From Negaprion brevirostris (Eukaryota), in NCBI GenBank assembly GCA_030324005.1, contig JARDVH010000025.1, forward strand, positions 73,962,150 to 74,026,149: a stretch of DNA of 64,000 nucleotides, in the 5' to 3' direction. Shown here in pieces: positions 1 to 12,671 of this stretch; position 1 is the first letter of the stretch, and the number at the start of each line of letters is the position of its first letter. Position numbers and translations under genes: made by a program. Under the pieces are notes generated by a model. The model did not search any database and was not told the origin of the DNA. It saw nothing but the letters and a program-made list of their open reading frames with translations.

Positions 1-263
1 ATTTTCACTTCTTTTTAACTTTCTTGTTTAATTTTTCAATCTAGTTGCTGCTTTCCATTTTTAAAATTAAACAAAGCTTTTAGTCATGTCACACTGCATG
101 TTCAGCATGTCCTCCTCCCTATGTGAGTACCAGAAGTGATGCTGAACCTTTGCACTTTTTACTCTAGATCAGTGGTTCAACTGAGGGATTCATTAAACAT
201 CGTTTTGCAGGATTTGTTAAAAATGATGCTCTGATTTCCTGCAATAACCCTGCACTTACACAG

Positions 264-356
264 GAGAACAAATGATTCGGCATGTGCAGACTGTCTTAAT
301 CCAGATGTTCATATTTTAATTCCACGTACCAGTGCACGTCCGTCAGCTAGTGAGGT
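264..356 (+). CDS. Candidate alternative DTNB exon with a divergent syntrophin-binding-site-like motif (93 nt, or 91 nt if the donor follows 354)
   Basis: Acceptor ccctgcacttacacag; open frame in phase 2: RTNDSACADCLNPDVHILIPRTSARPSASE; followed by gtgtgt. The pattern H-x-L-I-x-R-x-x-A-R matches the SBS exon at 12584. No transcript evidence. Confidence 0.45.
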
Positions 357-599
357 GTGTGTGTGTCTGTTGCTGCATATTAACACAACAGAATCTGACT
401 GTATATTATCGGTGAGGAGTGTATCGACAGGTTAGATGCAAAGAGTTTTGTTCTCATTGCCACCCACAGTATTTCAGCTCCATTGCGGCAATCAACATAG
501 AACGTTGAACTGTACAGCCAGCGAAGTGGAATATAAATCAGAGAAAGTAGGGAAGCAAGCTTCATGGTACCCTGGTTAGATAATGTTTTGAGCCCTCTG

Positions 600-909
600 G
601 CCTCAAAACTGATTGGGAGTGAATTAGAACTTTGATATATGGAGAATACACAGGAGAAATATTGAATTTTTTTTATCGGAGGAATGGGAATCATGTGGAG
701 ACTATAGTTATGGAAAGAATGAACCTGGAATGTTAGTTTCTAATGATTTGCAGAAGTAAAACAAAGGGACATAGGTTCAAACTAGTAAATTACAATTTTA
801 GGATTAGTATCTAAGTTTTGTGCACACAAGGCGTAGTTCATGTCCAGAATAGCATAATAACCGCAAAAACCCTGGAATTCTTTCAGAAACAATTGAATCT
901 GACAGTGGA
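600..909 (+). mobile_element. Highly degraded CR1-like LINE 3' fragment
   Basis: aaaacaaagggacataggttcaaacta resembles the TRGH-FKL motif at the CR1 ORF2 C-terminus. Confidence 0.4.
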
Positions 910-2390
910 TGTTAGGCTTCTTATAGACAGGTGGTGAACAAGGAGTCCAGAAGTCAACCTTTACCCGGTTTTAGATGTATTCACGAAGTGAGACATTACA
1001 AATGTATAGGTCCTCACTCTACAACCCACCAGCCGTGTCAATAAGTATCTCTCTATACCTGTACAAGTACTTTCCCAACGAGTGACCTCATCTGCAGGCA
1101 CTTAACTATAATTCGTACAAATAAGGTTCCCTTCCTTCAAACACAAATTAAGTAATATTTTAAAACAGCATCAAAGAAGAAAATGATATTTTATATCCTC
1201 GATAAAGCATTACATTACTAAACGCTCCTCTTCTAGGACTGGCTAATAACCTTTGGAGCACGCACTACTTTTTATGAAACAGTCAGATAATTGATGACTT
1301 GCCCCAAACCATTTGATAAAGGAGACTTCTTTTTACTTTGAAACTTTTGGTTTCACGCCAGCAAGATCAATCCTTAAACTTTTCTCAATTATGTATTTTA
1401 CAAAGTGAACGCAATTCCACAAGAAATGACAGTCTATGTAACAGTCAATGGGCAAACTGTTTTCCATGCACCCTGCATGTAGAATTTCTCTTAAAATATT
1501 TGGCAGCTAGAATCTTGTATTCACTGCTTCCGCAAGAGACAGTGTGTGGAATCTTCCAGCTGCATTTGCCCCAAAACCAGAAAATCACACCCAGGGTTCA
1601 GCGAACCTTTGCATGGTCTGCCCGCAACCCGCTATGATGCCCGTGGCGGACAGATGGGAAAATTCCACCCGTTAGTTTTGCATCTAAAGTATTTTTAACA
1701 ATCCTTTTTATTTTCTTAGCTTCTCAGGCTGAACGGCAACATTTCCCATTTTTACCCACCAAAAATATTACAAAACTTGCTGCATTTGAATATCTATCAG
1801 GAAGATTGGCATGAGAAGTCACTAAAAGTAGCAAATTTCATGTTCCTTCGATTACACAAGTATGGAAACCTAAATATACATTTCTCCATATTTTTTAAAT
1901 GTGTTATTTGCCCTTAAAACACCCTCAACCTTTGGGTGCTTCACCGTAATACTTAGTTCCAATGCATCAAATGAGCATCTGGTCTTGTCTGAGTGCATAA
2001 CCAATTCAGCTGACCAATTAAGCTTCACAACTGCCCTGTTCCTTGTTTAGATAAGACGATATCTTTCTATGATGATCTGGCACGATTAAAAGGGAAGAGT
2101 GTAACATCCTTTAAATAGATTGCTGATTCGAAATTATTCCAGACACATTGTGCTTAATATCTAACCCAATATATTAAAAAGCACCTGGAGCTCGAATTTA
2201 AATTCCACATTAACCTTATTATTAACACATTTCTCAAATCCCACAGCACCATCCCATAAGAAATCTTCAACGTGCATTTTGAGGATGCCTGAATGTTTCC
2301 CTTTTGGTTACTATAAGACATTATAGAATCTGCTTTTGGCTGAACACAGCCTATGTTCCGCAAAGCAGATCTAACTGAAGACAAAAGTTG
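910..2390 (-). mobile_element. Decayed, 5'-truncated Ty1/Copia LTR retrotransposon (GalEa-like): RT, RNase H, PPT and 3' LTR
   Basis: Minus-strand translation with stops and frameshifts gives SVRSALRNIGCVQPKAD, MHVEDFLWDG (YVDD-type motif), SLIGQLNWLCTQTRPD, HANLPDRYSNAASFVIFLVGKNGKCC, EAKKIKRIVKNTL, EKSLRIDLA, KWFGASHQLSDCF. Purine tract gaaggaaggg at about 1129-1138, then a ~210 bp LTR ending ...cctaaCA at 910. Confidence 0.85.
1544..1670. mobile_element. Short MITE-like element inserted into the Copia RNase H frame
   Basis: Terminal inverted repeats gtgtggaatcttcc / ggaaaattccaccc (12 of 14 match). The Copia reading frame resumes on both sides. Confidence 0.6.
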
Positions 2391-2614
2391 GGGTGATCCT
2401 GGTTCTGGAACAGAGGCATTGAAAGTTGCATAATTTCCCGCTTGTCATACATATTAACTCCACTCTGATGAGGAGCTTCATTGAGATGGAGTGGAGTGTT
2501 GATGGAACACAGCATTGGTGCAATGACTTACTTGACCCCAGTTTGCACTAATACTGGCTCTGTGATAAATCTACTGATGAGCTTGAATGATGTCATGCAG
2601 TAGACATTTGTCAC

Positions 2615-3170
2615 AGGCGATGCTTCTACAGCAAAAATCCAGTAAATTCAATGACAGGATAGGTGCTCTAATATTAATGCCCTCTCTCACGCTGAAATCC
2701 CCAGTATCGAGGCATTGGTTATGGTTAATAAGTGATATTGGATGAACCACATCATCCATATGCCTGACGCAAGACTCTCTACTCCAAGCTTAATGGCAGC
2801 AACAGATTACCAGATGGGCAGAGGAAACATTTCTGGGATGTCCTCAAAGCTTCGCTTATAAAACTGCAACATGCACATCAATTTGTGGGAATCTCTTGTT
2901 TGAGACCAAACTTGAGAAAACCATCTGCCAAACTGACAACCATTTTGAACATCTCTCATAGGCCCATGCGGAGTCCAAGCACAGACAGTGGAAGGAGTGT
3001 ACCAAAATCCAAGCACCTCACCCACTTCATCAAACACTACCTGCCCCGCCAGTAGCAGCGTGTATAGGTCCAGCACTGGACTTCTCAGTCTCGTCTGTAC
3101 CCCTAACCCCATAGTGGAGGGAGTTCATCCTCGGTCCCTGAGGGGAGACCGACTAAAAAGGCAACTACGA
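2615..3170 (+). mobile_element. RTE-clade LINE 3' fragment
   Basis: Degenerate translation AEIPSIEALVM...WMNHIIHMPDARL...RLPDGQRKHFWDVLKASL...WESL, then a C-terminal TTCP..SSVYRSSTGLLS segment (decayed zinc-finger-like end typical of RTE). Confidence 0.8.
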
Positions 3171-3294
3171 CTTTGGAATAAACACCTCATCCTCTTCACC
3201 CAGTCACTCATTGAAACCATGTTCCATTGTGCCTCCGTGAGTCATTTTCTTAAATGCTCAATACTGAGGATGAAGGAAATCATCCACAGTATTG

Positions 3295-3434
3295 AGAGTG
3301 CTGAAAATACTTAGCAGGTCTAGCAGCACACATAGAGAAACAAGCTAAATGTCTCAGGGTGGTGATGACCTGAAACATCAGCTCTGCTTGTTTCTCCACG
3401 GATGCTGCTAGACCCTCTGAGTGTTTCCAACATG
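3295..3434. mobile_element. Penelope-like terminal repeat remnant as an inverted (hairpin) pair
   Basis: agcaggtctagcagca...gagaaacaagct and its reverse complement agctctgcttgtttctc...tgctgctagaccctct flank a short spacer. The same family recurs at 29390, 39820, 50450, 53930 and 60540. Confidence 0.55.
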
Positions 3435-6400
3435 NNNNNNNNNNNNNNNNNNNNNNNNNNNNNNNNNNNNNNNNNNNNNNNNNNNNNNNNNNNNNNNNNN
3501 NNNNNNNNNNNNNNNNNNNNNNNNNNNNNNNNNNCTGTTCATAAGCCAGCTTTTAAGGTATTTTTCTGCACTGGTAATTTCAGCATAAAATTCCAGAATT
3601 AAGTGTTATAATTCTATTCATTAACCAGTGAAAGCTTATGAAGTCTGTTTTTTGGCTTCTTTTACTAGCACTCAGTCTGAGGGAAAATAAAGAAGCACCA
3701 TTTCACCCCAGTAGTTTAAAAATTAATTCGGGCATCTTGTATCACAAAAAAGTGACAATGACATTTTCTACATCTGTGTGTTTATTTTCAATTGAACATT
3801 TGCAAAGTTTGGAGATGCTTCTTAGTTAGTATGAGGTTCCTGCTCAACAGCGACTGTGGTATCTTTAATTAGGCAGAAAATAATTATGCCTTATGTTGTT
3901 AAAAAATAACAGCAAAATCTTTAATTTAAAAAAGCCACCAGCTACTTCAGTTATTACGCAGCAATTCCAAAGGTCTTATTAAAACCTGTGAACTTTGAGG
4001 GTTTATAGCAGTTTCAGAGGCAGGAGTCTGCACTGGTTTCAAGCATGATTAATTGTGGCTTCCAGACATGCAGTAAAATTAACATGAAGCAGAAGTATTA
4101 GATTTAAATTCCATTTTTGCTGCCAACTTTTGTTCTTTTTGAATGAATAATTAAATTTTAAGGAATATTTGGCAACAATTCAACTGACCTGAAGAAAAAC
4201 ACCCTCAGATTTATGTAACATCAAGGTGTATTTTAACAGGTACCTTATATATGTAATGCACAGCAGACTGGGTGGCAATTTTGAACAAGTTGATATGGTA
4301 ATATCTGAAAATATGCATAACGATAATAGCTTGAGCAGCATGGAGTGTTATTTTTTAATTTTCTGGGTCTTTTCTGTCATGAACTTTTACATCATCAGAT
4401 TGAAAGAATATCCTTAATTTTTAACAATTTTATCTGAATCAAATTTCATTTACTGTGACATGACTTGGACAGAAATCAAAATGGTTGTTCTCCGTCTCTG
4501 CACTTGGGGCCCTGAGGAAAGATGTTGGTGTTAGATGAGGGAGGAAAGGAAGAGGCTCAAGTTGAATATGTATTGATTAGGCTGTTGGGCCTGGTTGCTG
4601 TGCCATATAATCTACGCATATTCTGACGAATTTGAGAAGGGATTAATGGAGTGACACTTGAGCAGTCAATCAATCAATCAAGGTAAAATAAAAGCAGCGC
4701 CTTTGTAAAGGCATGAATGGACCATAATAATACCATGGATGTGGAAGTCCATTTGGCCCAATTTAGCTCATCCATATAAGAAGAATCTACAGTCTCCACC
4801 CCACTCCCATTCAACAGCCTTTTCATGACACAACAGTTCTTGTTCCCACTGGTTTACTTGGCAGTGTTATCTCTCTGTGGGTTGAAGAGCTTCATCCAGT
4901 CACTATTGTCCTAGTCAAGTCCACTACGATGTAATGTCCCATAACTTCAACGTATAAGAAATGGTTTTCCAAATCAGAAAGAGATGGAAAAGGTGCGGTA
5001 GCAATTGGAGAGTCCGGCAGACACAGGCACGTTTTGGGCAATATGTTTTGGTTGGCAGGTGGTCAGGGCGGGATCTGCTCAACAGGTCCTTTCTCCTAGT
5101 GGCAAATAACAGCCGCTGTTTATGAAGGGATGAGACCAAGAGCGATTTGTGGCAGGAAGAAATGGGATAGGGGTGGGAAGGTACTGTGATCACAGTGGCA
5201 AGGATCACATGATTGGGACCTAATGTATATCAAATGTATAGCAGTAAAATTCTGGCATAGATTTTCCGTGTTTGTGAACACAAGCAAGTAAAAGGTAGGG
5301 ACAGGAAGATGATCAGGGTTTGAAGAAAGCTTGATCCAAGCTCAGAAGGAGAATGCACAAGGACAGCTTGTGGCTACTTTGTTTGTGAAGCTAGACATCT
5401 CACTAATGTGATGAAACAAAGCATGCTTGTTATTTGAAAGCATTGTATGAAAGCAAGTTTTAGGATTGAATTATGACATTGATCAGAATTGGTGCTCTGC
5501 ATCTGCTGTGAAATAATACAATTAACAATTGGAATTAGGCCTTTCTTGTTGATGTTTTCTCATAAGAGTCTCTATGAAAAACAAAAATCTCTAGTTTAGA
5601 TCATAGTGAATACCTGTGTTACACCTTTCAGTTTTGTTTCTAACAGTGTACCCAAGAAATTAACTAAGATAACATGCACAGCTTGTTAAAGGCAGCAATG
5701 TTTAGTTAAGTTATAAAAGATATGAGGATTTTGATTGCAGCATACTGTTAGATTAAGTGAAATGTGTATTATATTAGTAAATTTACACAAGTGCTGTCAA
5801 GCTATTTTACATGTTTGTTTCATAAGAAAGAGTTTATTTTAAAAATACGCTTCATTGTATTTCTTTACAAGTAGACATAAATGTGAAAGCTCTTGCCATC
5901 TTTAGTTGACACAAGTTGATCTGTGTAATTCATAGCCTTCCTCACCTTAACATGATAATTTTGGCTTAGTTAAATATTGGTTTGCTCCAGGATAATGATT
6001 TGCATTAAAGTGTGGTCATATGATCTACTGGCGCACTAACTACAAAGAGGGAGCTGAGTCCATAGTCCCTCCCGCCAGTATACACCCATTGCATCACCAG
6101 GATCTGTGTCGTATCGTCTTGGTGACACATTGCCACTAGGCATCCCACAGCCCTAGGCTGAACAGCAGGGGATTCTCGAGGAACCTTAGCTTCCAGAATT
6201 GTGATATGCAGACTCTCCAGTGTGTGGGCACATCCTACAAATAGGTTAAATAATCACCACTGCGGGGTGGGTTCAACTTGACAGAGTGAAAGGTACGGAG
6301 CAGAGTCCTGTAGGCTGCTGGTAATCACTTTAAGAACGTTCTGGCAACTTCTGCAACATAGTTGGACTTCGGATGTAGGGGCTCCTGCATTTCTTCTGGA

Positions 6401-9400
6401 TTTGGACCATAAGGTTGAGAGAGAGATGTAAATGCTGGGAATGTCTGATTCTCCAAACCATGTCCTGGCTATGCAGCCAATAAAGAAATAGAGAGGGCAT
6501 TTCACCCTTAAAAAATGGCGAGACTCAAATAGGGCAAGTGAAAAACGGTACCTGTTGCTTGATGCAATGACGACACCAGCTCTGGGTAGGGATTTGTCAC
6601 CATGTTAACAATGTGGATTTAGAAGCTCCAAAGGTGACAGCAGAGATCCTCCTGCAGCCCCGGCAAGAGATAATGTCATGTGTGGCACTTGTGGCCTACT
6701 TTGACTTTCCATAATTGGCTTGTTCAGCCCAGGGAAGTGCAGTAGATGATGATGTCTGACCTCACCAACATTCTTAGGCATGTTATGATCACAGCAGATT
6801 TTAGTTGCAGAATCCCAGAGGGAAATGCAAGGTTGCCCACAGGAAATTTTGCTTCTGGTCCGTGCCCTTTTTTATATTCTGAAAATGAGAATGAAATGTG
6901 CTGATCTTAGCAGCAAACAACACTTCTGAGATTTAAAAAATTAAAAGTAAAAGATTTATCAACAAGAAGAAAAGAAAATTTAAATACACAGCATTATAGT
7001 GTTAAAATTAGTTTTACAAAATACTAGCCCCAAAAGATTGCCTCCTTGGTCAAACCCATAAGTAAACACCTTTAAGGCAACACTCACTTATAAATATTTA
7101 GCTATAAAAATCCAGTAACATCGCCCAAGACAAAACTGCTGTCACTCAACCACCTTCCACTCTATTGTAGAAATCCAAGAACTTCAGAGCAAGACTCCTT
7201 TTTGCATCCAGTCTGACTTGTCTGGATGGCTGATTCAGACTTCCCCTTCTGCCGGCACAGAGCTGTTTGCAGAAGATATTTCCCACACAACCAACCTCAA
7301 ACAGCCTAACAACTCTCCTTATACATTTTCTTTCTCTTTCATCTTCGACTCCATCATTCTTGGTATTCTTTTGAACCTATGCAAAATGTAAATATCTTTC
7401 ATGTTTTTCCTATTGCCCCATTATTGAGATCAAATAAAATTTAATAATCTTTCCTTGTTTTACTTATGAAACATCTGTAAATTGTAAAAGTCATCAACTC
7501 TCTTGTGAAGTTTTATAGCTGAGGCATAAGGTCCCTATCTCCTAATGCAAATTCCTAAACTTTACGATCAGGTAGTTTTATAAGGCAGCACCTCTACTCT
7601 TTTTCTCTCAAATCTTCCAGACAAATGGTCTCCATTAACCTTTCCCCAGCTTTACCAAGTCGTTTACACACACGGCTTCTTTACAGAGTATCACAATATT
7701 CCCTTCCAAAAAATAACAGCTATTCTTGCAGGCTGCATTCCCATCATCTCTCACTGATGGAGAGATACCAATAACTAATTAAGCATCTTGTGTTTATAAC
7801 TGCATGAATCTTCAAAGTACAGATTTGCATTTTAGTCTTATGTAAGACTCAATCCATTCTGTTCAGTATAATCATATGCATAATTTGCTTATTTCCTTCT
7901 GACATTGACTCCAATTTATTGATTTGTATAATTAGTGAATGTGATTGTAGTCTATCACTAATCAGGTATTTGAATACGTGAGGGAGAACATCAAATCATT
8001 GTTTGGTGCAAACTCTTTCATTTTCAATACCTATCACACTGAACAAATAAAGCTCCCTGCCTTTCCTATCCTTAGATCATTCCCTGACCATGCAGATTGC
8101 AATAAATTTTGTTATAAAGCTATATATTCATTCCATTTTCATCTAGTTCACAGAATGGAAATATAATTAACTGCAAGGCCTTATATGGGACAAGGAAAGA
8201 AAATGCACCTAATCAGTGGTGCCTGTAATCGGCATGTGCTGCTTCCATGAAACTACTCCACAAACCATTCACAATCATCCCCTTTTAAGATGCTGTGTTT
8301 GCGTAGTTGTTAAAAACATTGCTGCTGCAGCAATGAACAGGGTGTACACAGCAACCAATGTTTAGGGATACCACTCAAGTGTAATATAAAATTTCAGAAA
8401 GAATAAGGAAATTAGGTTATTTATTTTTGTTACCTTTGTTCATAAATACACTCCAATTTGTGACCTATGGTGAAATAGAGGCCCAATCTTTGTGGCAAAA
8501 AATAAAGTTGAGACCATCAGCATTCACCGTCACTGAAGAGTAAATCGGACAGCAACCCAAGCNNNNNNNNTATACACAGTTTAAACACAAATCAGAGTTG
8601 CTGTTTGCGTTTCCATGCTTCCTCCTAAGCTTCCCTGCACTGATACCTCACTAAATGTTTTGCCATTCAAACACTTGAAGAGTGTGCAATCACTGTTTAA
8701 CCCATTAACAGATCAGAAAACATTGAGACTTCCGTTCAGATGTGAATGATTTTTCACTGGCATAATGGGTCTTAATTATTGTAGAACAACCTCATTGGCA
8801 CTGAGAATTTACTTTCTAAAGTTTGAACTCTCATTCTTTCAGACCTTAATCATTCTTGGGGATTAACGAATGTTTTTAATATTTTTAATTTCTTCATCTC
8901 TTGCTCTTAATCCCATCTTTATTTCACTCCCTTTATTTAAATTTCTGTACGTGATTTGATGTTGAACAAAGTATTCTAATTTACACGCTCTGGTTAGACT
9001 GATTATCTCGATACAGATTCTTCAATCTTCAATTCTTGCTGGATCTTTCCCTTCCCTTAACTGTATTTTGAGCACTGGCTCCGCAGGCTGGATTAAGAGG
9101 TGCGGTGAGTTAGATTGTGGTCTGTGCGCTGTGTTGTAAAACACAACTCTACCCTATGTTCCATCATCCAAAAATTTGTTGAGGAGACCCATCTTTGCTT
9201 GCCCTGCTCACGCAGATCCCTGTCATTTGCTGCATGGGTGCAAGCCAACAGACTTGTGGGCAAGTTTTTTTTATTTACTCAAGGGATGTGGGTTCACTGG
9301 CTGGGCAAGTGGAAGTGAAATGAAAGATGTGAGTCATTATCATAGAGATTGTTCATCTTAATGGGTGTGACATCATTTCTGCGCTCATATATATCCTAAT

Positions 9401-9574
9401 GTGCAATTGAGTGAAAACTTACTGTACCCTTAGGCTCCTCTGAATCCACATCTACACTTTATGAAATGAGCACATCATTCATTCTATTTTTAGTGAAGTT
9501 AACTCATCTTCAGGTCTAATTCGCTCAAGAGTAAAGGACAGAGGCAAACCTTTATCTGATATGAGAGTGAATTT

Positions 9575-9981
9575 CCCTACTGCTTTTCATTACCACAAGA
9601 CATCCCAGAACACTTTACAGTCAATTAAGTACATTTGAAGTGTAGTTAATATTATGTAGAAAACATGGCATAAAAATTGTGCACAACAAACTCTCATAAA
9701 CAGCAATCTGCTCAGAGCCAAATAATTTTTTTTTTAGTGTTCATTGAGGATAAATATTGGTCAGGGAAGCTTTCCTGGGACCTTTTAAATTCACCTGAGA
9801 GAACTACCATAATTCCATTTAACACCCTGTCTGAAAGATGCCACCTCTAACACTCCATTCCTTCCTCAGAATTGCACCAGGATGTCTGCCTGGATTTTTT
9901 TTTTTGCTCCAGTCTCAGGGGTGGGACTTGAAACCTCAATTTTCTGACTTGGAAGCAAGAGTGCTACTAACTAAGCCATGG
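9575..9981 (-). mobile_element. Deu-domain SINE (SacSINE1/AmnSINE-like)
   Basis: Reverse complement of the Deu core (gaggataaatattggtcagg, ctgaaagatgccacctctaaca), with a tRNA-like head ending gtgctactaactaagccatgg. Confidence 0.7.
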
Positions 9982-10189
9982 TTAGGAGAAAGGTTAACTT
10001 GCTCTAAGCATATAGAGGCAGAGTAATAGAGTCCGGGGATACTGCATTTACTGATTGAAGCAGCAGTTCAGATTTGGTTCAACTACCATTAGCTTAGTCC
10101 TACCATAATGCTATCAGTTCAGTCTCTATGGATGGTTTCATGTGGTGTGCCTGTTTTTAATTCAGGTGAAAATTATTTTTATTCCAATG

Positions 10190-11020
10190 TGTCCTGAGGG
10201 ATGTTGAACCTTGAAGGATAGGGTGTTTTGAGGTGAGCAGCTATTTTGTTCATGATTCTATCTTGAGCTTTGAAAAGCCGTGCTTCACCCGTGTTTGACA
10301 GTGAGTTATGCACCACCCTGTGATTCAGGACAGGTATATGTTTTAAACTATTTACAGTCCATCTGGGAACCCTGAGGAATGAGGTTACGGAGAACAAATG
10401 AGGGGTGGGATCACCATTGGATATAAGCAATTGGATGAAAATTAAAACCATTCATTTGGAGGTAAGGAGCCAGTGTACTCGGCAAGAATAGGGTAGATGA
10501 ACATGTCGGACTTGATGCAAGACAGGATTTGGATAGCAGAGTTTGAGTAGCAGGATGAGCTGAAATGTTTAAATGATATAACATAGGGTAGAACACAGGC
10601 CACAACTCAATGCCATGTCTCTCAGCCCAGCCCACAGAACCAGTATTCAAAATACAGGTAAGTGAAGTGAAAGATCCAGCAATAACACACCACTTCTCTC
10701 CCACATTTGCTGCTGATAGACTTAGCAAAAGAAAATAATTTCAGTAACGCTGAGTGTTATTCCTCATTGTACTTGGAACTGTGGTTTTGCTCTTAATTCA
10801 TATGGAATGAAAGGGAAGGTTTTCTTTTGTTAGAGTAGAGAATGGAACTTGGAACCAGAGGAAGATATGGAAATGTTGGGCACACGGTTTTGAGATGCTG
10901 AGAATGGGACCTAGAGTGAGATGAGAAGTATTGAAGTTGCTTAAAGTGGTAGAAAAAGAGCCTGGGGTCCCAGATTAGGACCAGCTTGAAGATAGCTGTG
11001 GATGAAATGGGACATTTTGT
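10190..11020 (-). mobile_element. Degraded L2-like LINE fragments
   Basis: Purine-rich segments resembling the reverse complement of the L2 ORF2 3' region; similar to the + strand copy at 22530-23385. Confidence 0.4.
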
Positions 11021-11279
11021 GATTTATTTTCTACAGCAAAGAAAAATTACAAATTAAGACTGGGTTCTTTTTGTGATTAAATAAATCTTTAAAAATTACA
11101 TTACATAACTGTGAAGGAAACTGCTTTTACAAATTAAATTTAACAAAATTGTAATTGGGTTACATTGTGACATTATTAAACATTGTATCCAATTAAAATA
11201 TTCTCACATTTTTCCAAAAATCTAACAAATATGTTTGTCAAAAGCCTGTCAACATAGTTGCCTTAACTTCTCACGTTAG

Positions 11280-11931
11280 CACACCAGGAAAGAGGATCCC
11301 TTTTGGGGGAAATTGGGCTTGCTCTTAATGGGTGGGATCATATGGAGATGACAGGTCTTGGAGGTCCATGAGCAACCTTTTTACAGGAAAACCTGCCACA
11401 CCTTGGCCACTCGAGCACTTGAGGACCCCAGGAACAGAAGTTCTGCCCATAGAGTTGCTGACCAAACTGGGGCTAAACATTGCATTGACAGTTCCATTGG
11501 GCAGGCGATAGCGCAGGGCGCATGACATTCACCCGAGGCCTCTGATTGTCGCTGAGGCGAGTGATGGTGGCAGATGTATCACAGGGTAGGGGGTCCTGGA
11601 AGAGGTGAATGAATGTGTTCAACAGCATAGACAGGGTGTGGCTCCCAGCAGGTACCTCCATTTCCTAGTGCAGAGTTCTTCAATCAGGCACTGAATACTT
11701 TGAACGAGGGGTTCCCCTCCCCCAAGAGTCTGCAAGCAATCACCAGGGTTTTCTTGTTGAGCTACCCACTTGATGTGTTCCACACCTACCCCTGGGTTAG
11801 TACCAGCAGTGGTGGGTGAGTTCCTTAATTGATCATTAAAGCTGCTTAAGGATTTAAATTCGTGGTGGGGTGGGAGGGCCATCCATGGGCCTTCTCACCA
11901 CAGATATAATTGGGTGGGAAGGTGAAAGGAG
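11280..11931 (-). mobile_element. Possible PIF/Harbinger-derived DNA transposon fragment
   Basis: GC-rich block. ORF 11325..11528 (CALRYRLPNGTV...RTSVPGVLK) weakly resembles the N-terminus of Harbinger transposases. Runs into an N-gap. Confidence 0.3.
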
Positions 11932-12583
11932 NNNNNNNNNNNNNNNNNNNNNNNNNNNNNNNNNNNNNNNNNNNNNNNNNNNNNNNNNNNNNNNNNNNNN
12001 NNNNNNNNNNNNNNNNNNNNNNNNNNNNNNNNNNNNNNNNNNNNNNNNNNNNNNNNNNNNNNNNNNNNNNNNNNNNNNNNNNNNNNNNNNNNNNNNNNNN
12101 NNNNNNNNNNNNNNNNNNNNNNNNNNNNNNNCTCCTTTTATACTTTTGACTCTAGTTTATGTTGTGATCACCCCATAAGCATCTGTGAGAGCTTTGAACG
12201 GTTGTCGAAAACAGTTTGAAAAATGGTTCTATTTTTTCAAAACATATTAGAGTATTGGACAGTGACATGTTTATATAATGGGCGAAACATCTGATTTTTG
12301 CTTTTTAATGCTTCCACATAATGAATTTTGCCATTAGATTTATATCGCAAAGTACCAAGCGGCCTTGCATGATTGGATGATAAGTGAGTGTCTCGCCTTC
12401 TTTGATGTTCGGTGCATTTGCAATGTTCCTGATTTCGAATGAATAATTAATAATGGAGTTGGAACACCACTGAATCTCTAACCTAACACCAGTTCCAGTC
12501 CCATTTATTTTGCTGGGAAGAGATCCACTCCGCTACCCGAAGATAAAGGTTAATTTCTGAAAGATATTTATTCCTCTGTTTAG

Positions 12584-12671
12584 TGTCTTGGACAGTCCGA
12601 GCCGACTGGATGAAGAGCACAGGCTGATTGCTCGGTATGCTGCCAGACTAGCTGCAGAAGCTGGAAACACA
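12584..12671 (+). CDS. DTNB: Beta-dystrobrevin internal exon, syntrophin-binding site (88 nt, phase 2 to 0)
   Basis: Acceptor ttcctctgtttag, donor aca|gtaagt. Translates (x)[29 protein letters not shown], nearly identical to recalled human DTNB ([29 protein letters not shown]) and unlike DTNA (MLESSNRL...AESSS). Confidence 0.96.

Noticed and set aside
12338-12389. Possible exon (ccattag|...taa|gtgagt) 200 nt before the SBS exon
   Set aside because: 46 nt, frame-breaking, stops in the expected frame, and no dystrobrevin similarity.
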